Position numbers and translations under genes: made by a program | Shown: positions 1 through 11,026 of the stretch, in pieces | How positions within the stretch are numbered: the first letter of the stretch is position 1 | How the letters are laid out: each line of letters begins with the position of its first letter | DNA from: Orbicella franksi | Taxonomy: Eukaryota | Assembly (NCBI GenBank): GCA_964199315.1 | Contig: OZ116700.1 | Location: 2,294,001 to 2,358,000, forward strand | Reading direction: 5' to 3' | Length of the DNA stretch: 64,000 nt | Notes under the pieces: model-generated | What the model was told of the DNA's origin: nothing | What the model saw: only the letters and a program-made list of their open reading frames with translations | Database searches by the model: none

Positions 1-529
1 TGAAATGTTCTCTGGCAAATATTGTTTAAGTGGATCTATTGCATGAATTTAGTCAACTGGTGAGGTTCCTTAAAGAACAAGTTCGCATTTAGAGACCATA
101 GTTTTATGCACCTTGCAGCCGCAAGATGCTAGGATTCGATGTCCTATGGACAGAAATCTTGAATTCTTTTTAACTTCCAACATTGATTTTTTGTTCTTTT
201 TTGGACAATGTGGAGATAATTGTAAATAAAATCTGTTTCTGGAAAGAAAAGTAGGGGTCACCGAACGTCACCGAATGTCCAAGATCGTAGAATCCAAGTA
301 AAGCTATAGGATGTGCAGAAACAATTAGCGTGAACATCCTTAAATTACAATGATATCACACATCTCAAGGTCTACAAGGACCAGATTCAATTTTCATGGC
401 CTTAAACTTTTTTTTAAACTTCTGTTCAATTTATTTCAAGGTGCATATCAAGTCAGTAACAGCTTATAGGTCCAGCATATTGATCACAGAATTCATTGAC
501 CATAAAGTAGAACACAGCACTTGTCTTAC

Positions 530-3500
530 TTTCTGCGGCATGTGCCTCCAGTAGTGTGACAGGATACAGTTCCTGTCTCATGTCCCAGATGCTCAGTACA
601 CCATCTTGACCTCCTGCTGCCAGTAGATGTGGCTGGGTCGGATGTTTGTCAACGCACAACAATGAGACACGATCACCAGAACTGCCCAAAAAATAACACC
701 GTCACAGAGTTGCTTAGTACATTTCTTTGCATACTTAGGAAATTATTTCAATCTACTTTTTTGCCAATTAAAGTTTTATTCTTGGTAAGTAAGTGTACCA
801 AGGCTTGGACAATCGGAATGAAGTTTTGTTTTAGGTAGGCCATACCATGGGATTTAAGAACATGAAAGCTTCTGATGCGTCTATCAGAGCTCAAATAAAT
901 ACAATGTACATGTACGTGTATATAAAACTGGATTTATGAAAAGGCATTAATGAAAAGTGCATTCCATGAACTAAATGAGCTACCCAGTTTGATTTCCCTT
1001 TCGGATGTTAATATATATATTCTATGAACCTGCACTCAGCACTTACAGTAGCATTGTTCTTCCAGGTTTATCAATTGGTTGTCGAAGATCCCAAACTTTG
1101 AGCTGACCACCGAATGTTACTGCAGCTACTTCATGCAATTTTGTAAATTTGATACTGTTTATGGTTGTGCTATCTGCAGAATCTAGGAACAAACCAAATA
1201 AAAAATGACCATTATTTTAATAAATTTATAATGCTAAGAAAATCTTGGATAAAATTTTGGACTAGCAAACTTGTATATAGAAAAAAACAAAGCACAAAAA
1301 TAAGGTTAAATGGATATGATTCCCTTCTTACCTATTGTTCTGACTGGATGTCTATGATCAAGTTTCAGAACATTGATTTTTCCATCTTCACCAGCGCTTA
1401 CAATTTCTGCTGAGCTAGCATTTGTGGAAAGACACGTACATGAACAGCTGCGATCCCCAATGTGATGAAGAGTATTCCACTCATGCTCAGGTCTTATGGA
1501 CTGAAATTAGAATTATTCTTATATGTTATTCACCAAGTATGAGGGCTGTACTGGGAAATACAGTAGAAATACAGTAGAGCCCCGATATCGGGAGTTCCTA
1601 AGTTATTGGGGGTTGAGAGCAGATGACCGGAAATAACAAAAAAGGGTGTTAACTGTAGTTCTATTCATACTGTGTACATTTTTATCAAATTTAATTACAG
1701 AGAAGTCTCAGGGCTCGACTTTCAGAAAAAAACCTTGGAGTAGCTGGCCCCTAGTTTTGAGGGTCCCCAATAGGTTTGGCGGGATGTTGGATTTGGCTTT
1801 TTTTCGCCTTGATATTCAGGATTTGAGCTGAAAACAGGGGAGGGAAGCAGGAATTACAATCACGAGCGGGAGTGGGATTTAGTGTTTTATGGGCTTGGGA
1901 TGTGGGATTCACAAGGGGAACAAAGCGGGATACGGGATTTCAATTCTTATGTGACCTCATAAATTGACCAGCACAAAAGCCGCAAGTTGGGCAGAAATGA
2001 ACCTTTTGTGCGTATAGCTGTGTCAGGTTTCAAGTAATGTATAGCAACTGTCAGATTCTGTCAAACGTATCCATTATCGCTTGACTACGTTAGTATCATG
2101 AGACTGTATGAGGTCTTTGAGTCCTTTTGCGATCCTTTGACATGAATGACATCTGTCCATTTCCCACATCTTCAACGCTTGCGAATGTAATCTTGACCCC
2201 CCTCCCCCGATCCTTTCTAGTTTTCCTAGTCTTTTGACCTTTTCTAGAGCGCTTGTCTTGTTTTGGCCAGGATGGCCACATTAAATGGCGGTGACAATGA
2301 TTAACCGAACGAAGTATGAGACATTAAACATATTGCTTGGCCATATATTACAAAAAGGATGTGTGAGTAGGAATGCCTTCATTTGGAAAGAAAAGCTCTG
2401 AGCCCGGATTTCAAGGAAAGTGAAGACCCTGAAAGCTTTGAAAGAAACTATCAGGTGTATTTACTGGCCATGTCTTGAATATGGGAAAGTAAAATCTTTT
2501 TCTTTCAATGATACGTGGACAAAAGAAGACAAAACGGTAAACAGTTTACAGAAAGAAATGTTATAATCATTAATTTTGTGCTTACTTATCTGCTACCCAT
2601 TGAATCCTTTTGTGATATCTTATGCGATATCTATTTTTAAAAAGTCTCTGTGTTAATAATTAAATTAATTATTAATTTAACAAATTAATAATTAAAGCAG
2701 AAGCGTCTTTAAAAAGTAGGCGGGATCAGGATTTCCAGGCAAAAAAGGCGGGATAGCGGGATTAACAGGAAAAAATGGGCCGGAAAGTGGGATCTGAGAA
2801 CCCTATTGTGGACCCTCTAGTTTTCAGATTTCGCCACCAGCACAAGTATTTCAGTGAAAAGTGTGAGAAGTAAGTCGGCAGTGAAAAAATTTGGTCATGA
2901 AAATAGAACAATACACTTCTAAATTACTGTATAAATCAGAACATAAACAATGTCACATGAAGCAACAGGAAAAGTCCAGGTACTGCAAACTTTGCAGGTT
3001 TCAAAGAGAACAACATCAGGCTACTGCTACAGAATTCATGCAATTTACTTTTTCAAGAAATAGTTTCAACAATTTGGACTACAGTACTGTTTGCATTGAG
3101 CTGTCATGTACTGACAAACATGGTCCAGAAAATGACCCGAAGGGAAACAAAGATTGCCTCAAGTTAGGGGGAGGTTCCAGTCATCAAGGGTTCGAGTTAG
3201 CAAGGATAAAATTGCAGTGTACGTATGAGGTTTATCCAGGGGAAATCTACTATGGTTTGAGCTAGCCAGGGTTCAAGTTTTTGCAGTCAACTGTCCTGGC
3301 ACTAGGGTTTGAGTGTACCAATCAAGTGCAGTGGACCCAGGACCAATATTCGCTCAGAGTGGTCCTAAGGAACCTTAGTTAATTCTGAGATAAAGCAGAA
3401 ATGTTAACAGAGAGTTTTATTTATGCCTGGTTGATGGTGCTATTGCTAAGTTTGAAACTGACTGATCAGTCCTGACCAATGCAAGCCGGTACTAAATCTA

Positions 3501-4908
3501 TAAATTCCATAGTAGTAATACTTGGACAGTAACACTAACCTGGTGTTTTGGGCTATAATGGAACAACGAAACACTTCCTGTAGAAGATGATACCAGGATC
3601 TTCCCCGAATCAATGCACTGTCAAATGAAATATTCAGTTAAGGTAAATCACAGGGAGCATACGATCTAGTTGAGTCAGGAATGAGAATAAATAAAAGAAT
3701 AAAAAGAAAGACTAGTTTACTTTTGTCTCCTGTTGTCATCCTTTACATGAATTTACATGGAAACTGCTAACCACATGTCCAGTAGAACACAAGTGCTCAA
3801 CTCCTACTTAGGCCTTCGCATTGAAAAAATTTCTTATACAGTCAAACCCTACTAAATGGCCATCCCTATTAGGCCGCCAGCAGTCAAAGTCCTGATGAGG
3901 GCTTTTCTACTGTTTTTACCTCTATTAAGCATCCAACCCCTTTTAAAGAGCCACTATCTATATTTTCCCCAAGGGTGGCCCTTTAATAGCTGCTTGAACT
4001 GTATAAATTATATAAAATTGACAAAGGAGGCAACTCTATATACAAACATTTAGGATGCAGTCCAAAAACCCACTTGAATCTCTAAATTTCTTTGCTTTTA
4101 ATGAACCCAGACAAACACAAAATGTCATCAAAAATGGTGCAATAGATATACTAAATCCTTTGAGAACCAAACTTTTTTCACAAGTGATGACTGATGGCAT
4201 TCACTTCTTGCATATTAATGGCACCTTGATTACATCTAGGCCCAAACACTTAAAAAGTGATCTTGACCAATATCCAGCCATCTTGACCTCACGCTTGGTC
4301 AATCACCCATGTCATGCAAAGAACACCTTATTTACTGATCTGTAAAACTTTGTCTAGCTAGATATTAGTTTATGTCTTATTGTTCAAAACCTTGCCAACT
4401 ACAACAAATATAAAACTAGGTCTCCCTGAAATAATTTATACAGTGTTAGCGCTTTTGTGACTTACAGATTATCCCTTCAAAGACTGTGAGTTTACTCACT
4501 TCATCAGTCGGTAAGTTAATTTTACAAACCTCTATGTCTGTGACATCCCCAGTATAATTAGTTTCACACAACAATTTAGGTTCATTTGTGACATTGAATG
4601 CAGCAGCTGAATCTTCACTTGGTTCCTCGACTTTCCAAATGGACAACTTGTTAATCTAACAACGAAATGAGACGAGAAATCTTTACTAAACTTAAGGCTT
4701 ACTACTTTTTCAATAGCCACGGAAAACGTAACTGTCAGATCGTTAAAGTGTGTTCGTGTTTTACAAGAGTTGTACTCGCCTGGTCGTCCCAGCCTCCTGT
4801 CACAAAAGATTCAGAAGGATTCAACTGTCCTTGTACTTGAGGAATCCATCGAACCCTCGATACCTTGTGTCCTACATATTTGGCCACGGTTTCTCCAACA
4901 TTCGCCAT
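530..4908 (-). CDS. NUP43: Nucleoporin Nup43 (WD40), 6 exons visible, 3' part outside the window
   Basis: Exons 4908-4780, 4655-4530, 3617-3540, 1500-1332, 1182-1047 and 681-530 splice in frame to MANVGETVAKYVGHKVSRVRW...GGWDDQINKLSIW...VSAGEDGKINV...GQLKVWDLRQ...GDRVSLLCVDKHP...GGQDGVLSIWDMRQ...LLEAHAAE. This is colinear with vertebrate NUP43 as I recall it. Intron 1 is GC-AG. No exon for the expected WEVHFHP segment was found in 1-529. Confidence 0.93.
1759..2817. mobile_element. Non-autonomous TIR element (1059 bp) with 7-bp TSD, in NUP43 intron 3
   Basis: TIR GAGGGTCCCCAATAGG (1759-1774) vs reverse complement of CCTATTGTGGACCCTC (2802-2817), 1 mismatch. TAGTTTT directly flanks both ends (1752-1758, 2818-2824). 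No transposase ORF. Confidence 0.8.
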
Positions 4909-5059
4909 TGCAGAAGATCTACTTTGCACATGGCGCGCAAAGTTACCGAGTGAGTAGTTCCAGTCCCCTGTATAAATCGTGTTAGCTTACATAGTGAGAT
5001 TGTGACTAAAAAAAAACACAATAGTTATCGCAGGCTCATTGGATTGAAGAAAATCAAAA
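4909..5059. promoter_or_regulatory. Bidirectional promoter between NUP43 and UTP11
   Basis: Only 151 bp separate the two divergent ATGs (4908 minus, 5060 plus). YY1-like ATGGCG cores occur at both starts and at 4930; reverse CCAAT at 5038-5042. Confidence 0.75.
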
Positions 5060-8000
5060 ATGGCGTCCTTTGAGAAAGCTAAGAAATCTTATCAAAAATT
5101 TCACAAAGAAAGGGGGCAGGTAAGGGTAAATGTAATAGAGGAATGCCCTTTTTGATGTCAGAATCTATTGCTGGTGAAAGCATTGTCCTTGAACTCAGCA
5201 ATATTGTTGAAAAATAGAGTGGATTGAAGCGACACATTCTTATTCTTATTCTTATTCTTACTCTGCTTTTTTCGTTGTATGTACTTAAGGTTAATTACAT
5301 GGATAAGCGACTAAATGCTTATGCTTCATATAATTTTACAATTTAGATAATAATTTAAACCTTGCCATGTTTTCTTGTCCACTCAGTTGAAAAGCAGGAA
5401 GCAGTATGGTCTTCTTGAAAAACACAAAGATTATGTTTTGCGGGCAAGGTAAGAGTCAAAGTAGATAAGAAGCTTGGCAGAACTTTAGATAGCTGTAGAA
5501 GGTAGGTAGGTAAGTGTAAGGTCTGTACATCATAAAGATACATCACATGTAAAATTTTCTATTTACTGGTTTACATATTCGCTGTGGCTACATGTCCGGC
5601 AGCCGGACAGGTTTCTTAAAATACTCCGTGTCTGGCAGTGAGACTTAGACATTTTTATTTTTTAAGTAAAATAACGTAGAATAGACGATATGATAGGCGA
5701 CCTCGAGAGGAATCAAACCTGGGTTGACAGCCTGGTAAGCGACACCGATGACTTAAGTATTTATTGAGTTTCCCTTAGCATTATTGAAAGCTAACTGTAA
5801 ACAGGCTAACCGCAGAGCTATTTAGGCTAACCGGAGTGCTATTCAGGCTAACAGGAGTGCTTTTTAGGTTAACCGGAGTGCGTTTTAGGCTAAACGGAGT
5901 GCTTTTTAGGCTAACCAGAGTGCTATTCAAACGTTTTGACTGCCAGTCATTTTATAATAGTCTACATTATAAATCCCGACATATCGCATGCCAGGCTCAC
6001 CAAAATTAGTATTCAGCCATATAAACAAGGATTTGACATTAACTGAAATTTTTAAAAATTAATTTTCATTTGACTGCTGGACACGGAGTATTTTGAAAAT
6101 CCTGTCCGGCTGCCGGACATAGAGACACAGCGTTATATATTTGCCATGTGGGGGTCGGATACAGAGAACCATTCTCTTGAAGATGTCTAGAGATTTTGTA
6201 GTGCGAAGTTCCTCGGGAAGATCGTTCCATAGAAAAGGTCCACTTTAACTGAAGCTATGCTTCAGGTAGTCAGTTCTTGGTGTCGGTAGATACAATTTTT
6301 GTGTGGTGTCATGAAGATCAAAGGACAAAGTTCTTGGAGTGAATATCTTCCATTGTAGCTGTAGAAACACTTGAGATATTCCTCATTCTCAAAAGCTTCC
6401 ACTGTGGATTGCACTGAATTCTATGTGTAATCATATGGCACTCAGCAGGATTTATTTGCTAATTGATATATGTGAATGGATATATATCTCTATTTATTGC
6501 AGAGATTACCATAGAAAACAAAACAGACTTAAACTTCTAAAAGAGAAAGTGAGTATTTACATGGTTTTCAACTCTATTTGTGGTTGTTGTGGACTGTAAT
6601 TGGTATTTTGTTTGTTTCACAAGTTTAGCATATATACGTGAAAACTTGCCCAGAAGTGATAATAAACTGTTTTACTGTATTTGTACTCTACATTACTTAT
6701 TTTAGTTTAACTTTCTACGTTTAGGCACTAAACAGGAATCCAGATGAATTTTACTTCAAGATGATCAGCAGTAAAACAAAGGTAAGTATTGCCTGTTATT
6801 GTTGTTTTGTATTCGGGTGACTTGCATAGTGAATGAAGACAGTCTGGCAATACGGTTTTGACAGAAACAACCAGTTCAAATAAGGATTTGTTTTATGTTG
6901 TACATGCAGGATGGAGTTCATACCTTCAAAAAAACAAAAAAGCACACTGCAGAGGCACTGAAGCTGATGAAAACCCAGGATCTTAATTACATCAATTCTA
7001 AAAGGTCTATGGAGGCAAAGGTAATTTGTAAAGAAAATTATCTAAAAAGTTTAATATAACCTTAAGTTCAGTACTCTCTCCTGATTGCAGAATCAGCTAT
7101 GGACATGTGTGAGTCTTCACCTGTGTGTGTGGGGCTTGAGTTCTTACAAGAGTGATCAGTGACTACTCTGAACCTAAGACCCCTGTATTGTTGTAAAGTT
7201 TGTTTACATTGTGTGACATTTGTTGGCGGAAATAAATTGTTGATCACTCTTGAGAATTTTGGGAAAGATACAGCAGTCACATAATGGTTACAGTGTTGAA
7301 TATTGGATCAAGTGGCCTGGCTTTGAGTCTTGACAAGTTGTGGCCAATTTACACAGTTGCAAAACATCTATACCCACCCTGTGAAATAATGTTTAGACTG
7401 TGACAAGTAGGTTGATATGTCAGTCCTTCCCAATACTTTTTATTGTTATTGAGTAGTAAAGCTTTAAGTTTATTTTCAATGAACAGCTGTTGAACCACTG
7501 AGTGTAATAATGCAATTTCTTGTAACAGAAAATAGAAAAGCTCCAAGCAAGCCTACATTTATTGGCAGATGAAGATAATAATTCCCATCCTCCAAACCAG
7601 CACATTGTTTTTGTGGACAGTCAGAAAGAAGGTACACATGTTCTGTATTTTATAACTTTATTATATGGCTGGCTCCAAGAGCAGGCAATATCAAACTATT
7701 ACCTTTACCTAATATTTGTTAAGTAGTGTAGCAGATAAGAGAACAGTATTCTTGATAGAGTGCTGGAAGATTTGACAATACTAAATTGTATCAGTGTAAA
7801 TCAATCACAAATGTCATTCTTTGATACTCACTATCTATTTTGTATTAGTATAAATCTACTAGCGTTCTGTCACAAATGCCGTTCTCTGATTGGCTACGCC
7901 ACTATCTTTTCTGTGATAGATGGTGAGTAGTGTAGCAGTGTGCCCTTGTTAACGAAATGACCACTGCTTCTTGGCATTTTTGAAGCGTCTGTGAAGAGGA

Positions 8001-10330
8001 CATAGATAAAGTTTTAAATGACTAGTAGATTTATACTAAAACAGTTAGACTGTCGAGGAAAAGGTTGTTGTTATTCATCGTGGTAGATGTAATAATAAAG
8101 TGTATTATCGTTTGTCTCACGATGTAGTCACTTGAGATGCAGATCGCGACATTTCGACTGCTTACTGCTAATCTTCTTCAGGCGATAAGGTCGACTGATT
8201 GCACAGTATCATTTATATCACAAAGGTCGGCTGTGATTGGTGCATTTTGATCCTCCTATTGTTCCATTGTTCCGGCGAGTAGCTGTTCCCTCAGTGGTCC
8301 GCTGTTGTACCGTTCTCCTGTTGTTGTGTTTCTTGATCGTGGGTATCCATGCTTCAGGAATTTCAATTCCACTATCCCTGTTGATGTTGTTAGGGTGAAG
8401 TCTTATGTGAATAGCTTCCTTGAAGGAAGCTATTCACATAAGACTTCACAATGGAACAATAGGAGGATCGAAATGCACCAATCACAGCCGACCTTTGTGA
8501 TATAAATGATACCGTGCAATCAGTCGACCTTATCGCCTGAAGAAGACTAGCAGTAAGCAGTCGAAATGTCGCGATCTACATCTCAAGTGACTACTTCGTG
8601 AGACAAACGATAATACACTTTATTATAACAATTAGATTATTCATCAACTATCACGTGATAGAAATCTCAAGCTCATAATCTATTTGTTTAGTAGATAGTG
8701 CTTAGCCAAGCAGAGTGCAATTGTTAACAAACTGGCAGCCGCTTCTTTGCGTTGTCCCGATTTCAGTAGCACAAAGCAACTAGGAGTATTTCTACTCGTC
8801 CCTGGATGGGATGCTAGCCATTAAGTTCACTGGTACCCATTTATACACCTGGGTGGAGAGAGGCACTGTGAGAGTAATGTGTCTTGCCCAAGAACACAAG
8901 ACAATGTCCCTAGCCAGGGCTTGAATCCAGACTGCTCGATCTGGAGTTGAGTGCACTAACCATGAGGCCACCTCGCCTCCCTCCTGGAACTGTAGTCAAA
9001 CATTTTATTTTTAAACCACCACATGTAAGCTTTATAATTATTATTTATATCATCTCAGCACTCAGCCCAGTTGTACACTGTTGTAAATTAACATGCAACA
9101 TATTTTGTCTTTCAGCTCAGTCTTTTGATGCTGCAACCCATTTTGACACCCTGCCAGAACTGGTGTCAAGAACGTACAACAGGCCCAAGAGAGAAACACT
9201 CATGAAACAGTTAATTCAAACTCCAGATGATCAAATAGTTAAGGTATTGAAATCTGAGTTATTGAGTAGATCAGGTTGACTCTACAGCAAGAACAGTGTA
9301 TGAGTATGTTTGTGTGCTAATGAAAAACGACAGAAAGAAAATGATTTTCTTTTGTTACGTTTTTCACCAGCACACTTTTTAATGTCAAATAACTTGACCA
9401 GTCTACTTACTCTGTAGCCTAGTTAACATTAATATACCCTTTATTGACCAAGCCTGTTCGCTCAAGAAGGCTTGATTTTGGTCTCATTCTTTTTTTGTAT
9501 ATGAACCCCGTCTGCATCTTGTTCCATAAACATGCGAAAAAAAGAACTTGGCCGATATCCAGCCATCTTGACGGAACAAGCTTGGTCAATAACCCAGGCC
9601 ATATATTTTTGAGTGGTGTTTTGCGCGGTGATGAGTCTTTCTCTCTCTCTCTCTCTCTCTGAACTGACTGGATTAATATTACAATATCTTACAGAGACTT
9701 GAGAAACAGAGGCACCGTTGCTATGAAGAATTAAGAGAGAGAATTGAGCGGGAAAAGAAGATGCAAAAGGTTTCTGAAGAACTGGAACTTCAAAAACATC
9801 TCATGGTATGTGGTCATCAACAATTTTAAGTCGTTGATCTGCTCTGACCAGAATTTGAAGTCAATTTGCCTCCATGCTCAAATTTCAGGAACAGAAGTGA
9901 AGTAGATGAGTTAATAGCTGTTCGATATTCCAGTTGATGCTGAAAAATTTATTTAAAGTTTTATTATTCAATCTCTGCTATCTTCAATATAAAACTCAGA
10001 TCGAATCAGAGTAAAGCTGGGTTTTGAGAGTATTTTGGTCATTATTTGAGCAGAACGCTTCAGGCGGTTTGAATCTAAATGGTCATCACACACCAGAGTT
10101 TTAGCAAGAGGTGGGTGGGGGGGTTATCAATTTGTATCTTGTAACTTACGATTAAAACAAGACAAACAAGAAAACAGCGGGCGGGTTTCTTCTTCTCATC
10201 GGTTGGTGTACTGTCGTCTAATTAGAGTTATTGTACTTTGTGTTTTCAGGGTAAGGGAAGACGGTACAAAATACAAAAAGACGAGAAATCCACGCCAGTT
10301 TACAAATGGAAGAAAGAAAGAAAAAGATAG
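5060..10330 (+). CDS. UTP11: U3 snoRNA-associated protein 11 (SSU processome), 9 exons, 252 aa
   Basis: Exons 5060-5119, 5387-5448, 6503-6548, 6725-6781, 6910-7020, 7529-7631, 9116-9243, 9695-9805 and 10250-10330, all GT-AG with consistent phases, total 759 nt. Motifs HKERGQ, GLLEKHKDYVLRA, ALNRNPDEFYFKM, LMKTQDLNYI, PELVSRTYNRP and C-terminal VYKWKKERKR match the Utp11 family. Confidence 0.95.
5576..6137. mobile_element. MITE with ~65-bp imperfect TIRs and an internal 6 x 21-bp tandem array
   Basis: Left CGCTGTGGCTACATGTCCGGCAGCCGGACAGG...AAAATACTCCGTGTC mirrors right GACACGGAGTATTTT...CCTGTCCGGCTGCCGGACAT...CACAGCG. AGGCTAACCGGAGTGCT-type units start at 5803, 5824, 5845, 5866, 5887 and 5908. 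Confidence 0.8.
6170..6400 (-). mobile_element. CR1/L2-group LINE 3' fragment (degenerate)
   Basis: Minus frame reads SFDLHDTTQKLYLPTPRTDYLKHSFS*SGPFLWNDLPEELRTTKSLDIFKR, the typical C-terminal tail of CR1-group RT ORFs, with one stop. Confidence 0.7.
8143..8186 (-). ncRNA. Minimal type I hammerhead ribozyme motif (PLE-associated), copy 1
   Basis: AUCGC-CUGAAGA-A-GAUU(A)GC AGUAA GC AGUC-GAAA-UG-UC/GCGAU: intact core, 5-bp stem I, stem II, GUC cleavage triplet. Confidence 0.65.
8532..8575 (+). ncRNA. Minimal type I hammerhead ribozyme motif (PLE-associated), copy 2
   Basis: ATCGC CTGAAGA A GACTAGC AGTAA GCAGTC GAAA TG TC GCGAT; stem I ATCGC/GCGAT, stem II GACT/AGTC plus GC/GC. Confidence 0.65.
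8760..8981 (-). mobile_element. tRNA-derived SINE copy
   Basis: Reverse complement begins GGGAGGCGAGGTGGCCTCATGGTTAGTGCACTC...GGATTCAAGCCC (A/B-box-like head); body is homologous to the copy at 62805-63100. Confidence 0.85.
9437..9595. mobile_element. Short MITE
   Basis: Terminal inverted TTATTGACCAAGC / GCTTGGTCAATAA (13 bp, perfect); a related one-ended fragment lies at ~4260-4310. Confidence 0.65.
9640..9660. repeat. (CT)n microsatellite
   Basis: Direct reading of ctctctctct ctctctctct. Confidence 0.9.
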
Positions 10331-11026
10331 CAGGGCCTTCCTTAAAACAAGTTGGAAATAAAGATGCAATGAAATAATTGGTTTTATTGGTTTGTGTTGG
10401 TGAAAGGGTCATAATATCTCTTAAAACAATTCGAGCATCAAGTATTTTGATTGGGTTTTGATGTTTTGCAGAGGCGTTCTTAAAGTGATTTCTCTTTCGA
10501 ACGGTTTATGAAATTTTTGTTTTTGCCTAATTGGCTGGAAAAGCAACAGGTTTGCTCTGATAGGTTGGAGGTTGAGGTTTTATTAACCAGTTAGCGAGCG
10601 ACAATCAGTTGAAAGGTGCTTTACACGCAAAAGTTCATTCACTGATACAATAAGTTTTCTCAAAAACTGAGAACGCAGACGGCTCATTTCTCTTACGGGC
10701 ATTTTTTTAAAAGGTGAAATGTGGAAAAACGTTAAGGCTGTAGTGCTTTTAATGTGCATTTTTCACCAAATAAAAGTTGCGATATACAACCTAGGTATTG
10801 TTCAAGTTACGCAAAACATCGCGCAACATCTAAAGTTCACACACCGCACCACCATTCACTGTTTGGATTTGTTATGTTAAAGCTCTAAATCTAACATGAC
10901 TTCGCTTAAGCTCAACGCAACTGAGAAATTAGCTCTTAAGCTATAGAAGTTTACCGCTGAAGTTATGGAATGCAAACGAAACACACAACATTTAAAGTTC
11001 AATCGTACTGAAAAAATTCATTCCCT

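Larger units (their letters stand above)
8050..8626. mobile_element. Penelope-like element remnant in inverted (fold-back) configuration
   Basis: Minus strand encodes FKEAIHIRLHPNNINRDSGIEIPEAWIPTIKK..., resembling a PLE GIY-YIG C-terminus. ~179-bp inverted arms at 8092-8270 and 8448-8626 with 5 mismatches seen; perfect 27-bp hairpin at 8395-8449. Confidence 0.85.

Noticed and set aside
4470-4512. CTGATGA plus GTGAG-TAAA-CTCAC hairpin in NUP43 intron 2 as a hammerhead or SECIS
   Set aside because: No GAAA after the stem; the helix is too short for a SECIS and lies in an intron.
9628-9667. C box (GTGATGA) and D box (CTGA) in UTP11 intron 7 as a C/D snoRNA
   Set aside because: Only ~40 nt long, interior is a (CT)n microsatellite, no terminal stem or guide.
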